This document shows positions 1 through 11,297 of a stretch of DNA of 64,000 bases, piece by piece. The notes under the pieces were generated by a model that was not told where the DNA came from, searched no databases, and saw only the letters and a list, made by a program, of their open reading frames with translations. The translations under genes and the position numbers were made by a program. The stretch covers positions 806,001 through 870,000 of the forward strand of contig JAUFOQ010000006.1 of NCBI GenBank assembly GCA_040285855.1. Reading direction: 5' to 3'. The stretch is from Eukaryota sp. GEM-RC1. Taxonomy: Eukaryota. Each line of letters opens with the position of its first letter. The first letter of the stretch is position 1.

Positions 1-1627
1 TGTTTCAGGAAAACAGTCTGCTCAAAATCAATCAATTGACGGTCAACCAAATGCTTCACGTCCAGGTTATGTTTCAGGAAAACAGTCTGCTCAAAATCAA
101 TCAATTGACGGTCAACCAAATGCTTCAATCAAAAGTCGTTTAGGGTCTGTTTCAGGAACATTATCTGCTCAAAATCAATCAATTGACGGTCAACCAAATG
201 CTTCACGTCCAGGATATGTTTCAGGAAAACAGTCTGCTCAAAATCAATCAATTGACGGTCAACCAAATGCTTCACGTCCAGGTTATGTTTCAGGAAAACA
301 GTCTGCTCAAAATCAATCAATTGACGGTCAACCAAATGCTTCAATCAAAAGTCGTTTAGGGTCTGTTTCAGGAACATTATCTGCTCAAAATCAATCAATT
401 GACGGTCAACCAAATGCTTCACGTCCAGGATATGTTTCAGGAAAACAGTCTGCTCAAAATCAATCAATTGACGGTCAACCAAATGCTTCACGTCCAGGAT
501 ATGTTTCAGGAAAACAGTCTGCTCAAAATCAATCAATTGACGGTCAACCAAATGCTTCACGTCCAGGATATGTTTCAGGAAAACAGTCTGCTCAAAATCA
601 ATCAATTGACGGTCAACCAAATGCTTCACGTCCAGGATATGTTTCAGGACAACAGTCTGCTCAAAATCAATCAATTGACGGTCAACCAAATGCTTCACGT
701 CCAGGTTTTGTTTCAGGACAACAGTCTGCTCAAAATCAATCAATTGACGGTCAACCAAATGCTTCACGTCCAGGTTTTGTTTCAGGAAAACAGTCTGCTC
801 AAAATCAATCAATTGACGGTCAACCAAATGCTTCACGTCCAGGTTTTGTTTCAGGAAAACAGTCTGCTCAAAATCAATCAATTGATGGTCATTCAAATGC
901 TTCACGTCCAGGATATGTTTCAGGAAAACAGTCTGCTCAAAATCAATCAATTGACGGTCAACCAAATGCTTCACGTCCAGGATATGTTTCAGGAAAACAG
1001 TCTGCTCAAAATCAATCAATTGACGGTCAACCAAATGCTTCACGTCCAGGATATGTTTCAGGAAAACAGTCTGCTCAGAATCAATCAATTGACGGTCAAC
1101 CAAATGCTTCACGTCCAGGATATGTTTCAGGACAACAGTCTGCTCAAAATCAATCAATTGACGGTCAACCAAATGCTTCACGTCCAGGATATGTTTCAGG
1201 AAAACAGTCTGCTCAAAATCAATCAATTGATTGTCAGCAAAATACTTCAGTTAAAAGTCGTCCAGGATCTGTTTCAAGTAAACCGTCTCAAAATCAATCA
1301 ATTGATGGTCAGCAAAATACTTCAGTTAAAAGTCGTCCAGGATCTGTTTCAAGTAAACCGTCTCAAAATCAATCAATTGATGGTCAGCAAAATACTTCGG
1401 TTAAAAGTCGTCCAGGATCTGTTTCAAGTAAACCATCTCAAAATCAATCAATTGATGGTCAGCAAAATGCTTCAGTTAAAAGTCGTCCAGGATCTGTTTC
1501 AAGTAAACCATCTCAAAATCAATCAATTGATGGTCAGCAAAATGCTTCAGTTAAAAGTCGTCCAGGATCTGTTTCAAGTAAACCATCTCAAAATCAATCA
1601 ATTGATGGTCAGCAAAATGCTTCAGTA
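1..1627 (+). repeat. Coding minisatellite: about 15 x 69-nt units, two 78-nt variant units, then about 5 x 75-nt units
   Basis: Near-identical tandem units (gtttcaggaaaacagtctgctcaaaatcaatcaattgacggtcaaccaaatgcttcacgtccaggatat). All unit lengths are multiples of 3. Confidence 0.95.
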
Positions 1628-2467
1628 AATAAAATCCAATCAGGTTCAATTGGTGGTAAATCTTCCAGTCTGAGTCAGTCAATTACTGGTAAAACGTCAT
1701 CCTTTGCCACTCTTCAAAACAAAATCGCCCTTGAGTTATCAAAAGCCCAGGAACTTCTAGAAGAAATCAACACCACTCGACCCTCCACTTGTACATCTCC
1801 AGTTAACGAAGATGGTAAGAGAAAAGAAGAATCTTCAGGTAGTGAGTTTGAGGAGGTTGTGTTTGATAATCAGGAATATTTACCAAAAGGGTCATTAACT
1901 CAATATTCTCCTTTTAAAAAAATTGAAAAAGTGGAAGTGGTGGAAGATTCGATTGAAGACAAAATTTTAAAAATTGCAAGGTCAAATCGAAATCCCCTTA
2001 CTGCAACTCCGTTAATGCGACAACTTCAAACAAAAGTAAAAGATCAATCATTTTCATCCACTCCTGATTCACGACGATCACGTCGCCGACGATTAGGTTC
2101 GGATTCTGATTTCGACCAACCACAAACAAGAAATCTATTCTGTGATGATGATCAACCAAAGGCTTCAAGTCCTCAGTTTGTTGATATTATCTCACCTACA
2201 GTAAACCCTATTCGAACACCTCCGCCTGTCAAAAGCTTTGTCCCTAAAATTTCAAATTTGTCTGCACATTCTACTCAAATGAAAGCAGATGTTTGCATTT
2301 CGAAATCATCACGTTTTCATGGATTGCTACCGACCACACCTCACCCTCCAAAGTCTCCTTTTCATGGTACTTTACGGCGATCGTTTTCTGCAAGTGAGAC
2401 TTATGCTACCAGTAGAAATGAACAAAGTCAGTTGGGCTTTGATTTTAAATTTTCAAATTCTTTTTGA
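2..2467 (+). CDS. 5'-partial large low-complexity protein with 23-26 aa tandem repeats and a Ser/Pro-rich C-terminus
   Basis: Frame starting at nt 2 is stop-free through the array (VSGKQSAQNQSIDGQPNASRPGY, then DGQQNTSVKSRPGSVSSKPSQNQSI) and continues in frame into ORF 1859..2467. One extra T in the T-run at 2461-2465 would extend the C-terminus (LRQPPSPRNRSTS...) to about 2574. Confidence 0.8.
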   Translation, partial: VSGKQSAQNQSIDGQPNASRPGYVSGKQSAQNQSIDGQPNASIKSRLGSVSGTLSAQNQSIDGQPNASRPGYVSGKQSAQNQSIDGQPNASRPGYVSGKQSAQNQSIDGQPNASIKSRLGSVSGTLSAQNQSIDGQPNASRPGYVSGKQSAQNQSIDGQPNASRPGYVSGKQSAQNQSIDGQPNASRPGYVSGKQSAQNQSIDGQPNASRPGYVSGQQSAQNQSIDGQPNASRPGFVSGQQSAQNQSIDGQPNASRPGFVSGKQSAQNQSIDGQPNASRPGFVSGKQSAQNQSIDGHSNASRPGYVSGKQSAQNQSIDGQPNASRPGYVSGKQSAQNQSIDGQPNASRPGYVSGKQSAQNQSIDGQPNASRPGYVSGQQSAQNQSIDGQPNASRPGYVSGKQSAQNQSIDCQQNTSVKSRPGSVSSKPSQNQSIDGQQNTSVKSRPGSVSSKPSQNQSIDGQQNTSVKSRPGSVSSKPSQNQSIDGQQNASVKSRPGSVSSKPSQNQSIDGQQNASVKSRPGSVSSKPSQNQSIDGQQNASVNKIQSGSIGGKSSSLSQSITGKTSSFATLQNKIALELSKAQELLEEINTTRPSTCTSPVNEDGKRKEESSGSEFEEVVFDNQEYLPKGSLTQYSPFKKIEKVEVVEDSIEDKILKIARSNRNPLTATPLMRQLQTKVKDQSFSSTPDSRRSRRRRLGSDSDFDQPQTRNLFCDDDQPKASSPQFVDIISPTVNPIRTPPPVKSFVPKISNLSAHSTQMKADVCISKSSRFHGLLPTTPHPPKSPFHGTLRRSFSASETYATSRNEQSQLGFDFKFSNSF

Positions 2468-2712
2468 GACAACCGCCGTCACCTAGAAATCGGTCGACCT
2501 CTAATGTCTCAGCTTCGGACGCTAAAACGCCAGATCATTACTATTCACCTTCCTTTTTCGGGGACAAATTTTGATATTTTTGAATATCTCATAATTATTT
2601 TGACATTTGTATATTATTTACCTCAATCTTGTATTTTATTTTAGTTCTTTTTGTTCTTGTATATTACAGTAGTATTTTTTAACTTGAAATTCATTAATTT
2701 AATTTTTTGACA

Positions 2713-3123
2713 TTAAGTTAAGACGGTATATCCAACACCTTCAACAGACGCTACTTTCAATAAATGTTTTGCTTCTTCGTCTTCAAGTCCGTCGAAATCT
2801 CGCCTCATAACCTTTAATGATGTAATCTCGCGATGTATTTCATTCTGACATCTTAAGTATGTTGTCTTGTTCACTAGTTTGCTCAGCCCGTGGTTAAATG
2901 CTTCGAACATTCCCATGGTTACAACTAGAGGAATCATGAACAATCCAACAAGATCCTTCCTTGTTGTCACAATTGTGCATGATAGTGTCAGAAGACCAAG
3001 AATTACTAATGAGACTCTTTCTGCAGCAAACTCGTTTCTTAGTTGTTTGATCAAGTGGGCATACTGAGGGACTGGTGTACTTTGTACATCCTTTAGTTGA
3101 GACAAACCTCGTTGTGACAACAT
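2713..3123 (-). CDS. Hypothetical protein fragment with two hydrophobic stretches; true start uncertain (possibly up to about 3457)
   Basis: 136-aa ORF with no recognisable domain. The upstream frame is interrupted. Confidence 0.3.
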   Translation of the reverse strand: MLSQRGLSQLKDVQSTPVPQYAHLIKQLRNEFAAERVSLVILGLLTLSCTIVTTRKDLVGLFMIPLVVTMGMFEAFNHGLSKLVNKTTYLRCQNEIHREITSLKVMRRDFDGLEDEEAKHLLKVASVEGVGYTVLT

Positions 3124-3619
3124 GGAGAAATCTTAAAAGCAACAGATTCGCAGGTATTAAATGTTCATTGAAATCTAAAAAGTCTACAAAATTAACAATA
3201 TTTCAACCAACAGAGAATCCTCTGAGTAGATTCCATTGTGCAGGTAATTTAGAGGTGAAACCATTGCAAATAAGTCGTAGTTGAGAGTATGATTCATGAT
3301 CTGTTGTTGACGTTTGTATTGTTGTTGTAGAATTGTAAATATTAAAAGACCTGTTTACGAATGATCTAAATGTATGTTAGTTAGTTTGAATCAGGATAAG
3401 TAGCCAATTAGTGGCATTTTTGCTGAAAATATATCTCCAATAATCTGAGGGCAACATTTTGAAATAATTGCAATAAATTATATGTTTTTTTTGATTATTC
3501 GACGTTTGTACACTGTTGTGTTGTTGTCAATAAAAGTTTAATTAAAACATAGTATATGTTTTAATTCAAAACAACAAATGCTGCTAATGTTTATTAGAGC
3601 ACATCAGACATTTATGGCC

Positions 3620-4555
3620 AATAAATATTTGAATATTTGATAAAAATATTTTCCTTCAATACCTGCAAGATCATTAAAGCAATAATCATTGTCATTAAAA
3701 CTCACATCAACTTTTTTCTTCATAAAAAATACTTAGAGCTAAAAGAGCCTTTGAAATCATAATCGGAATTGTTTTAAATATTGCAAAAACAATACGATTC
3801 AACCAAAACTCAACATCAAACCTCTTGTTCATTCTTTTTTGATTACTTTCTCAAAATCAGGGAGAAAACAAAGAGCATCTTTACCAAGTCGACCATATAT
3901 TGGAATTGCAAAAAGACATATTTTGTATTCAATATGTCTACTATGTTTGAGAGCAGTCAATGGTGCTTTTATTTGTATTGTATTGTATTGTTTTGAAAAA
4001 TCCAGTGGACACAATTCTATTTTAGTATCATTAAATGCACTTTTTTTGTAAACATCCACAGTAAACACATCAACAACCGTTAGTTCCTCATTCAGTGATG
4101 GAACTATGACATCTTCAGCTCAGATATTACCAAAAGTCCTATAGGAATCACCATTATGTAAATTATTGTTTTCCAGTGATCTCAACAGTGGCTCAACGAA
4201 AGATTCATTTTTGTAGGACCTGCACATTGCATGAGCTTGATCTCTGACAGCATCAACAATACAAGTTCTATAAGTAATGAAACGATTGCAAGTCAAAAGG
4301 TGAGAAAAAGAAACTAATTTACCACATATACATTAACGATCATTAAGTAAATTAGAGGGCTACAAGAAACATCGAAGACTAAACGTTGTAGTCCATTGAT
4401 GATAATTTAACAACAATCCATATGTCTGAGGAATTTGGTTGATCAAAGCAACTGAAGAACTGTCCTTCAAATCAATTAAGAAATTTGTGAACGTTGGGTT
4501 TTTTGTTCGCCGAGCCAAGTCGAATTGAACCTGATATGAACCTGTTTTGAATCAT
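3620..4555 (-). mobile_element. Degenerate 3' part of an RLE-type (CRE/NeSL/R2-like) non-LTR retrotransposon
   Basis: Translated remnants: FSHLLTCNRF...DAVRD, EPLLRSL, FTVDV, FAIPIYGRLGKDAL. Similar to 21780-22620, 28098-28215 and 57470-57835. Confidence 0.75.
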
Positions 4556-5230
4556 TTAACATCCCTATTGTAAGTGTATTAAAAAATGAAATTGATACTA
4601 GAAAACTGCCACGTATTAACACATGTGCCATACAAAGGGTTGTAAATTTTAAACATCTTGTTGAGTGAACCTAGTTTAGTGAATCCTATAAATTACACTG
4701 TGTGCAATTTGTTGACAGAAAGAAAGCAATGAAAATAGAGCTCTATGTGGAACATCAGATGGTACTATCTTAAAGCGCGACATCAGACCAGAGTGAGCAA
4801 ACATGTGTTTACACTGACACGTGTCAACACGAGTTAGTTCATGTTGACATGCTGCCAAAATCCTTAACACCGAAATACATTATTTCAACACGTGAAGTTC
4901 TTGTGTTATTTTGGTCTGGGAGTAAAGTATTCATCTCAATCACAGTCCTGTATGATTCGATTGGTAGTTTCTACCATTAAAAAGGTTCGAATATTCTGAA
5001 ATATAGCAAAAATCCAAAAGAATAAATACTTTCTTACGACGAGTCAGACCTAGACCTTTTTCGTCATTCAAACACTCTGTACGGCATTACAATAACACAA
5101 TACACGTTATTATGAGCCCTGTGACTAAGGTTAGTTTCCACAAGGAAGTTAGTACAGTATGTGTTTGGTATGTCAACACGTGTTAGTATGTGTTGACATC
5201 GTTTTGCTCTCAATTTGAAAGTTACATCAG

Positions 5231-7086
5231 ATGTCCGATCAATCTTCTTTACCCCAGGCTTCTGACTTCCCTGCTATTCCCTTTGTTGCTCGAGGACTTT
5301 CGTCATTCCCCTGCTATATACCAGACCGTCTCTCAAGACTTACTTTATCTCGAAACGCCCTCACATCTTTTTTCTTTTTAAGTCACGTTCACTTCAGGTC
5401 TTGGATGTGTCTCTGAACCAATTAACGTCAATTTCTCTAGATTGTCCCAAACTCTCAGTCCTTGATGTTTCCTACAACTATTTCTCTAATCCCGAGTCCA
5501 TAAGGTTCCCTCGATCCAAGCTTTCTGTGTTCCGCTGTTCCGGTGTTGTTATTGATAAAGTTCCTTCCAATCTCTTCAATTCGAAGAAACTGCGGTTCTT
5601 GGATCTTTCTGAATCTTGCATCACTTCCATTATTCCATTACTTCATTTTCGTCGACTGTCTACTCTCATTCTTCGTCTATGTTCACGTCTGGAACTTGTT
5701 CTCTCTGATCTTACCAATTTGACCTCTCTGAATTTCGTTGATCTAACCTATGCTAACATCACTTCTTTTACTCCTTCTTGTTCTCGTAATGCCATCTCTC
5801 ATCTCAATTTATACAAAGCGTTTGGGATCGAACTCGATCACAACCTTCTCAACACGACATTCCCCCGTGCCAAGATTGTGTATCCCAATGGGCTTTCCAA
5901 TTTTTCCCCATCGTATACGTGTATATACACGAATTACACCAAAGCTCCTCCATTTCTCCTCCCTGCAGCTCCTCTTTTACCTCCTCCACCACCTTTATCC
6001 TCGCTTCTCACCAAACTCTCTACTGCTTGTTTCTCATGTCCCCCAACTCCTACTGAAGACCGATTCCTTGGGGTGTTCATTGGTGCTGCCATTGGTGATA
6101 GCCATGGTTTGGCTACTGAATTCCACATCCCAAGTCTTGCTTCATTGTATTCCCCCTTCCCATCCCTGCTCTCATTCCTCCTCAACAACGATCACCAAAG
6201 AGCCTCTTATCTCCCCGGTTTGTTCTCTTTTTTATCTCACTTCAGGTCATTGGACAGACGACACCTCCCAAGCCATCCTTATAGCTCGAACTCTGTCTGA
6301 AACCCGTGACATCTCAGCTATTCCCGTTGCTTTTGCTGCGAAGCTCAAGCACTGGTGTGACCACGGGTTCTCTGAACTAGGAGATCTTAATGGAGTAGGA
6401 ACTGGTAGAGAAGTAAAAAAGGTTGTGTACGATCCCTCCTTTTTATCCTCCCCCATTGAAACTGCCCTCAGAATACGTAGTCTAGGGTTCACTACCCCCA
6501 GAATGGTGCTGTGATGAGAACTTTCCCCATTGGTTTAACCAATCCAATCGATGAAGAATGGGTTAAAGAGGCTTCCAAGATGTTTGCAATGTGTACTCAT
6601 CCAGATCCAAGAGCACAACTGTCTTGTGTTGTGGTTTCTGTTCTTATAGCAAGACTGATGAAGGGGGAGGAAGTCAAGACAGAGGAAGAGCTTCTGGAAG
6701 TTGTAGATGAAGCAGTAAAGTTTGTAGATGAAAAGAATGAGGACAAGATTGATCTTGAGCATTTGAATTCTTTCCTTCTTGTTGATTCTTTTGATGAATT
6801 AGATTTAGGCGACGACCAGGACATGGGTTATACCTATCGGACTCTTGGAGCAGCTTTATTGTGCTTTAGAAAGTATTTGAAGGGAGAACCGTTTGAAGAT
6901 TTACTTGGTCGATTGATTGTGAGTGGTGGTGATGCAGATACTAATTGTTGTGTTACCGGTGCCATTATCGGTGGATATCTTGGATTCTCTGGACTTTCAA
7001 AGACTTTAATGGCAAGGTTGCCTTATTTTAATTTCTTAATTGATGAAGCCGCTCGGCTTTGGAACTCTATTAATCAAAAAGTTTAA
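5231..7086 (+). CDS. LRR + Pro-rich linker + ADP-ribosylglycohydrolase (ARH/DraG family) fusion protein
   Basis: Joins ORFs 5231, 5401, 5750 and 6511 through a 28-nt intron (6218..6245) and two homopolymer frameshifts (about 5370-5380 and 6495-6499). LRRs of the LxxLDVSxN type. ARH motifs GAAIGDSHG, GHWTDDT, NGAVMR, THPD and GGDADTN. Confidence 0.85.
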
Positions 7087-7329
7087 GGTTGTTTTTCAGT
7101 GTCTGTTCAATCATCAATGTGATTTATTTCCGAATTAAATTCGTTCATCACTTAGTTTTGGTATTTTGTATATCTCTTGTAAATATTTCTTAAGTCTATA
7201 AATTTCTCAATTTGAAAACCGTCGATGTTCAAATGTTGTCAGCTTGTAGTATTCATCTGTTTTTCTATTTTTAGATAATTGTTCTTTTCTCTGGTTATGA
7301 GTGAAGAATGATGATAATGATCCTTATTA

Positions 7330-7790
7330 AAACGGGGTTTATGATCAATCAGTGAAATAAATGCATTTGCAGAAGCTAATAACTAACAGACACTAACTAA
7401 AGTATCTAAACTATGATCCTTCTGTCCATCACCGAACAACTTACCTATAATTGATTTAAAAAATCTGTACATTGAACGGAACAACGCAAACGTAAATCGT
7501 TGAAAAATTGTTCACCAGCAAGACAAATCGATCCAAAAAGAGATATCGATACCTCAAAAGGATGAAATACAAATTTGGAATATGAGTTAGTTTCGATTTA
7601 ATTCTTCTACTTGAGAGTCTTTCTTGGAGTGTTTGAGCTTTTCAGTAGCTGTTAATGGATTAAAAGAAGAATCTAATATCCTACTGACACAAGATTTGTT
7701 GCAAACATCTACTGTGGTAAAATCCATTAATGATTGACTGGATTTAAGCCACGGAGTATGGAGTCTCCATAATGGAGATCCTCTTTTTGA
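7330..7790 (-). mobile_element. RLE non-LTR retrotransposon 3' fragment with 3' UTR
   Basis: MDFTTVDVC...FHPFEVSISLFGSI remnant. 7330-7498 is a close reverse-complement match to 17310-17470. Confidence 0.75.
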
Positions 7791-7878
7791 TGTGTAAATT
7801 CATTTTCTGAATACATTCTACAAGTTTCTATTCATTAAGAAATTTAAGTATTTTAAACTACATTGTAATGAAACTTTG

Positions 7879-8707
7879 TTACCGAAATTTAATCTTTTCC
7901 ATTTTTCTAGCAACAGCTTTCATGCCTGTACAAATATGCTTCTTGTTAAGCACACCTTTGCCAAACCCCGGAAGATCCTTGGCGTCTTCGTGATCTAGCA
8001 ATTTAAACGCATCTCTAATAACATCAAGATGTTTTTCTGGTGAAAAATATTTGAAATTTCTTAAATGTTTCCTAAAGAAATTGGCCCATGCAAATTCCTG
8101 ATAATATTCCTAAAATGAGATAAATCTACCAAACATACCCCATTTGATACAAAACCACCCAATTCTCTCACAATGAATGCCACACTACGGAATGGGTCAC
8201 TCTTTAGCTCGGAAATGTTATGTGGGAGCATTGCAGGATCTAGATCTTTACCGTGGTATAGAGGATAAACATAGCGCCGATCCTGCATCTCTTTCCAGAA
8301 ATGACTACGTTCTACATCAAGTTCATCAATTATCGTTACTGCTACAAGTCTTTCCGAACTGTTTGCTGGCATCAGGAGTGGGCAATTAAGTGTAGGAACT
8401 GGCTTTAGCAAGGATATGCTACTCAACAGGTGGTGATGATCCACAGTGTAGAGTTGGTGATGGTATTTGACGACAGGAATTTGTAATTTGTTGTAAAATT
8501 CAAAATGTCAGAACATTGGTTCCAGTAATTTAACAGATCCTCCATCTCACAAGTTACTTGGAACCTTCCTACTGCGAATTGAGTTGGATGGAGATCTTTA
8601 ATCGGAACCATACATTTCGTGTTGACAGAGGACTCATGAGTACATAGGGGATACAGAGATGTCACTGCTAAAGACGACGTGATAATGAAAGCGAGGAGAG
8701 CAAACAT
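7879..8707 (-). CDS. Signal-peptide-bearing ParB-like nuclease family protein (ParBc_2-like)
   Basis: Hydrophobic N-terminus MFALLAFIITSSLA. Motifs LHPTQFAVG, IPVV...YTVDHHH, FWKEM, LP..ISELKSDPFRSVA, EFAWANFFR and LPGF. Requires a 29-nt intron (8110..8138) and a 1-nt homopolymer correction at about 8480. Stop at 7879-7881. Confidence 0.8.
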
Positions 8708-9032
8708 TGAGAGAAAATGTTACTAACATTAGTAATGTATATCGATGTGTTGGTTTTAAAAGTCCCAAAAACCATGATTAAAACTTAAGGAGATGTAAAA
8801 GTGCAGTTAGAACAAAACAGCAACTGGTAGGTAATCAAATCTATGTAAATAAATCGATCAAGTCCTGGTAGTTGTAACACAACCTATTCAGTGGTCAATT
8901 ACCAGTAGCTGTGACTCTGAATAACTGTAAACATATCAGATACATGTAGATTGTTTGAAATCTAAACCTACAATGAGATTGACCCCAGACAAATTTTCTT
9001 CAACACAAACCAAACCTTTACCTCTTCTATCA

Positions 9033-9548
9033 ATGCGTCTAACGCCAGACCTTATTAAATCTTCTCCTCAATTCTGGAATGCTTTGAAAATGAGAGAAAT
9101 TGATCTCAGAGGTCATCGAATACCGACCATTGAGAATCTTTCTGCTACTTTTGATCAATTCCGTGTTATAGATCTTTCTGATAATTCGTTGCGCTCACTA
9201 GAAGGGTTTTCAACACTTAAGTTACTAGAAATTCTTCTTGTTATCAACAACAAACTATCCTCCATAGGGTCCACTATCGGCAACTATCTACCAAATCTAT
9301 CTACCCTCATATTAACACGAAATTCCCTAGCTTCTACAGACGCTCTAATACCGCTGCAACACCTGCCCCATCTCACTGAACTTTCTCTTCTTGATAATCC
9401 TCTTTCTCTTCTGCCAAACTATAGAAACTCAGTTATTAGACTTCTTCCCAAGCTCAAAATACTGGATTTTCAAAAGATTTCTACTAAGGAGAGGATACAA
9501 GCTTTGGAACAGCAAGGACCAACATTTTCGGCAGGTGAAGTTGTGTAA
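9033..9548 (+). CDS. SNRPA1: U2 snRNP A' protein (LRR)
   Basis: MRLTPDLI...N....REIDLRGHRIPTIENLSATFDQF..IDLSDN and LLDNP...NYR..VI..LPKLKILDFQKI match the U2A'/Lea1 signature. An alternative in-frame ATG lies at 8973. Confidence 0.9.
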   Translation: MRLTPDLIKSSPQFWNALKMREIDLRGHRIPTIENLSATFDQFRVIDLSDNSLRSLEGFSTLKLLEILLVINNKLSSIGSTIGNYLPNLSTLILTRNSLASTDALIPLQHLPHLTELSLLDNPLSLLPNYRNSVIRLLPKLKILDFQKISTKERIQALEQQGPTFSAGEVV

Positions 9549-9673
9549 TTGATTTTTTTTGTTTATTTAGATTGTACATTCTGTTCTTTGTACATTTTGC
9601 ATATCGTACATTACGTCAGTTGATTTTGGTGTTTATCTTGCCAAAATCAAAAAAATAATTATATAAAAACCTT

Positions 9674-10873
9674 CTAATTTGAACCTAATTCATCAAAAAA
9701 CACTACATCATCAAACATTACTGTTGGTTCTTCATAAACTGTGTCAGTAATCGTCACATTATCAGCAATCTTTAAAGACGCACAAATCACTGAGTTCTTG
9801 ATTTCCACGTTTTTCCCAATGACTGTGCAGGGAGCGATAAAAGATCCAGTAATGGTGGTGGAATCACCAATCGAAACCGATGAGAGAATCGCTGAGCCCT
9901 TTATAATCACCTTGTGTCCGATCACAACATGTTCATCTATGCTACTATTGATTACCTGGACTTCCTCTCCAACCGAGACATCTCCCTTCCACAGCGACTT
10001 CCTGGAGACAGCGTGGTGAGGCGGATCATCGGATACCGGAGTTATGATGTGGTTAAGACTACCAGAGATAGCACCCTGAGCTAGAGAGAGCACGCTTCGA
10101 GGACTATGGAGATGAGTGCAGAAGAGATCATCCTGGACGTAAGCGTAGACACCGGGGTTTCGATTGTCAGTCATTGAGGACAGGATGAGTTGTGGAATGA
10201 CATTGAACCAGAAGGTGCCACTTGAGTGAGTAGCAAACACGTGTTTTAGACAACGTATAGAGAAGATGAACATTTGAGCTGGGTTTAGCTTAGTGTCAAT
10301 GTTGATTCTCTTGTATCGTTGCATTATACCGTAAGGGATATTCATCTCGGAGGGATCGCCTGACTCAACATCTAAATCTTTTCCATTCATGATACCTAGA
10401 ACTTTACCAGAGTCAACATCTGTCACAACACCGTAGGATGAACTGAGCGGCGGTTTAGATGGGGGTTTATGTGTGAGAAATACACAAGCAGCATCGTTGA
10501 TAAGGAACAGGTCTGATAGGTGATGAAGCGGTAGTGTGGTAATTGTACATAGAGATATAACAAGAACATCGTGAACAATGAGATCTTGGTCAATGAGACG
10601 TTTGATAACAGAGACCGCTCCTTCATCTGGATCAGCAGATTGAACAGAGATTTTAAAGGAATCTCGATTAGATAGATGTACACAAAGACGTTCAAAGTCA
10701 TCACTGGGACTAACGACAACCAGCTCTTGTAGACCAAAGCGTTCAAGAAGTGTAATGTGATAGTCGATGAGAGGAATGTTACCAAGAGGTAATAGTGCAA
10801 GGGATTGTTTGGAGGTAAGAAGGTCTAAGTCACCTTCAGGCCAACAAAATAGAACAGCAGAGAATTTGCGCAT
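9674..10873 (-). CDS. EIF2B3: Translation initiation factor eIF2B gamma-like (NTP-transferase-like domain + left-handed beta-helix)
   Basis: ALLPLGNIPLIDY N-terminal motif, degenerate catalytic residues, and C-terminal hexapeptide repeats (SVGEEVQVINSSIDEHVVIG...). Confidence 0.7.
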   Translation of the reverse strand: MRKFSAVLFCWPEGDLDLLTSKQSLALLPLGNIPLIDYHITLLERFGLQELVVVSPSDDFERLCVHLSNRDSFKISVQSADPDEGAVSVIKRLIDQDLIVHDVLVISLCTITTLPLHHLSDLFLINDAACVFLTHKPPSKPPLSSSYGVVTDVDSGKVLGIMNGKDLDVESGDPSEMNIPYGIMQRYKRINIDTKLNPAQMFIFSIRCLKHVFATHSSGTFWFNVIPQLILSSMTDNRNPGVYAYVQDDLFCTHLHSPRSVLSLAQGAISGSLNHIITPVSDDPPHHAVSRKSLWKGDVSVGEEVQVINSSIDEHVVIGHKVIIKGSAILSSVSIGDSTTITGSFIAPCTVIGKNVEIKNSVICASLKIADNVTITDTVYEEPTVMFDDVVFFDELGSN

Positions 10874-11297
10874 TTGTCAAAGAAAAAGTAAAGTCAAGCT
10901 GCCTTCAATTTTGTTCAACAATGAGATAAGTTGCACACTGTATTTGAGCGGGGTCTATTCTATCAATCACTTTTGATGATACGATGACGGAATAAACTTC
11001 TGTTACATACATGATGTTTAATTTAATTCAGATTAGATCAGCACTTTCGAAAATCAACCGCACTTTAAACCAGAGTTCTTTAAACAATCTTGGATGTAGT
11101 GTCATACATCAATCTATCGTAAATGTCCCAAAGCAAGCAAAAAAGTGTTTGCTTGTAGTATATATACAGTTGCTTGTATTGGGACAATTACGATAAGTCA
11201 AACACCAACTGTAATAAATGACTTAGTTGACGCTTATCATTTTTAAATCAAAACAAGGCAAAATTACAGATATTTATAAAATTAACACAATTGACAC

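Noticed and set aside
129..1628. ORF-track ORFs 399..1628 (+), 345..1226 (-) and 129..344 (-); CRISPR-like appearance of the array
   Set aside because: These are shadow frames of a stop-poor repeat. Only the frame from nt 2 connects to unique coding sequence. There are no unique spacers or cas genes, so it is not CRISPR.
3375..3385. In-frame TAA in the upstream frame of the 2713 ORF as possible stop-codon reassignment
   Set aside because: Conserved genes in the window end in TAA, TAG and TGA and have no internal stops, so the standard code fits.
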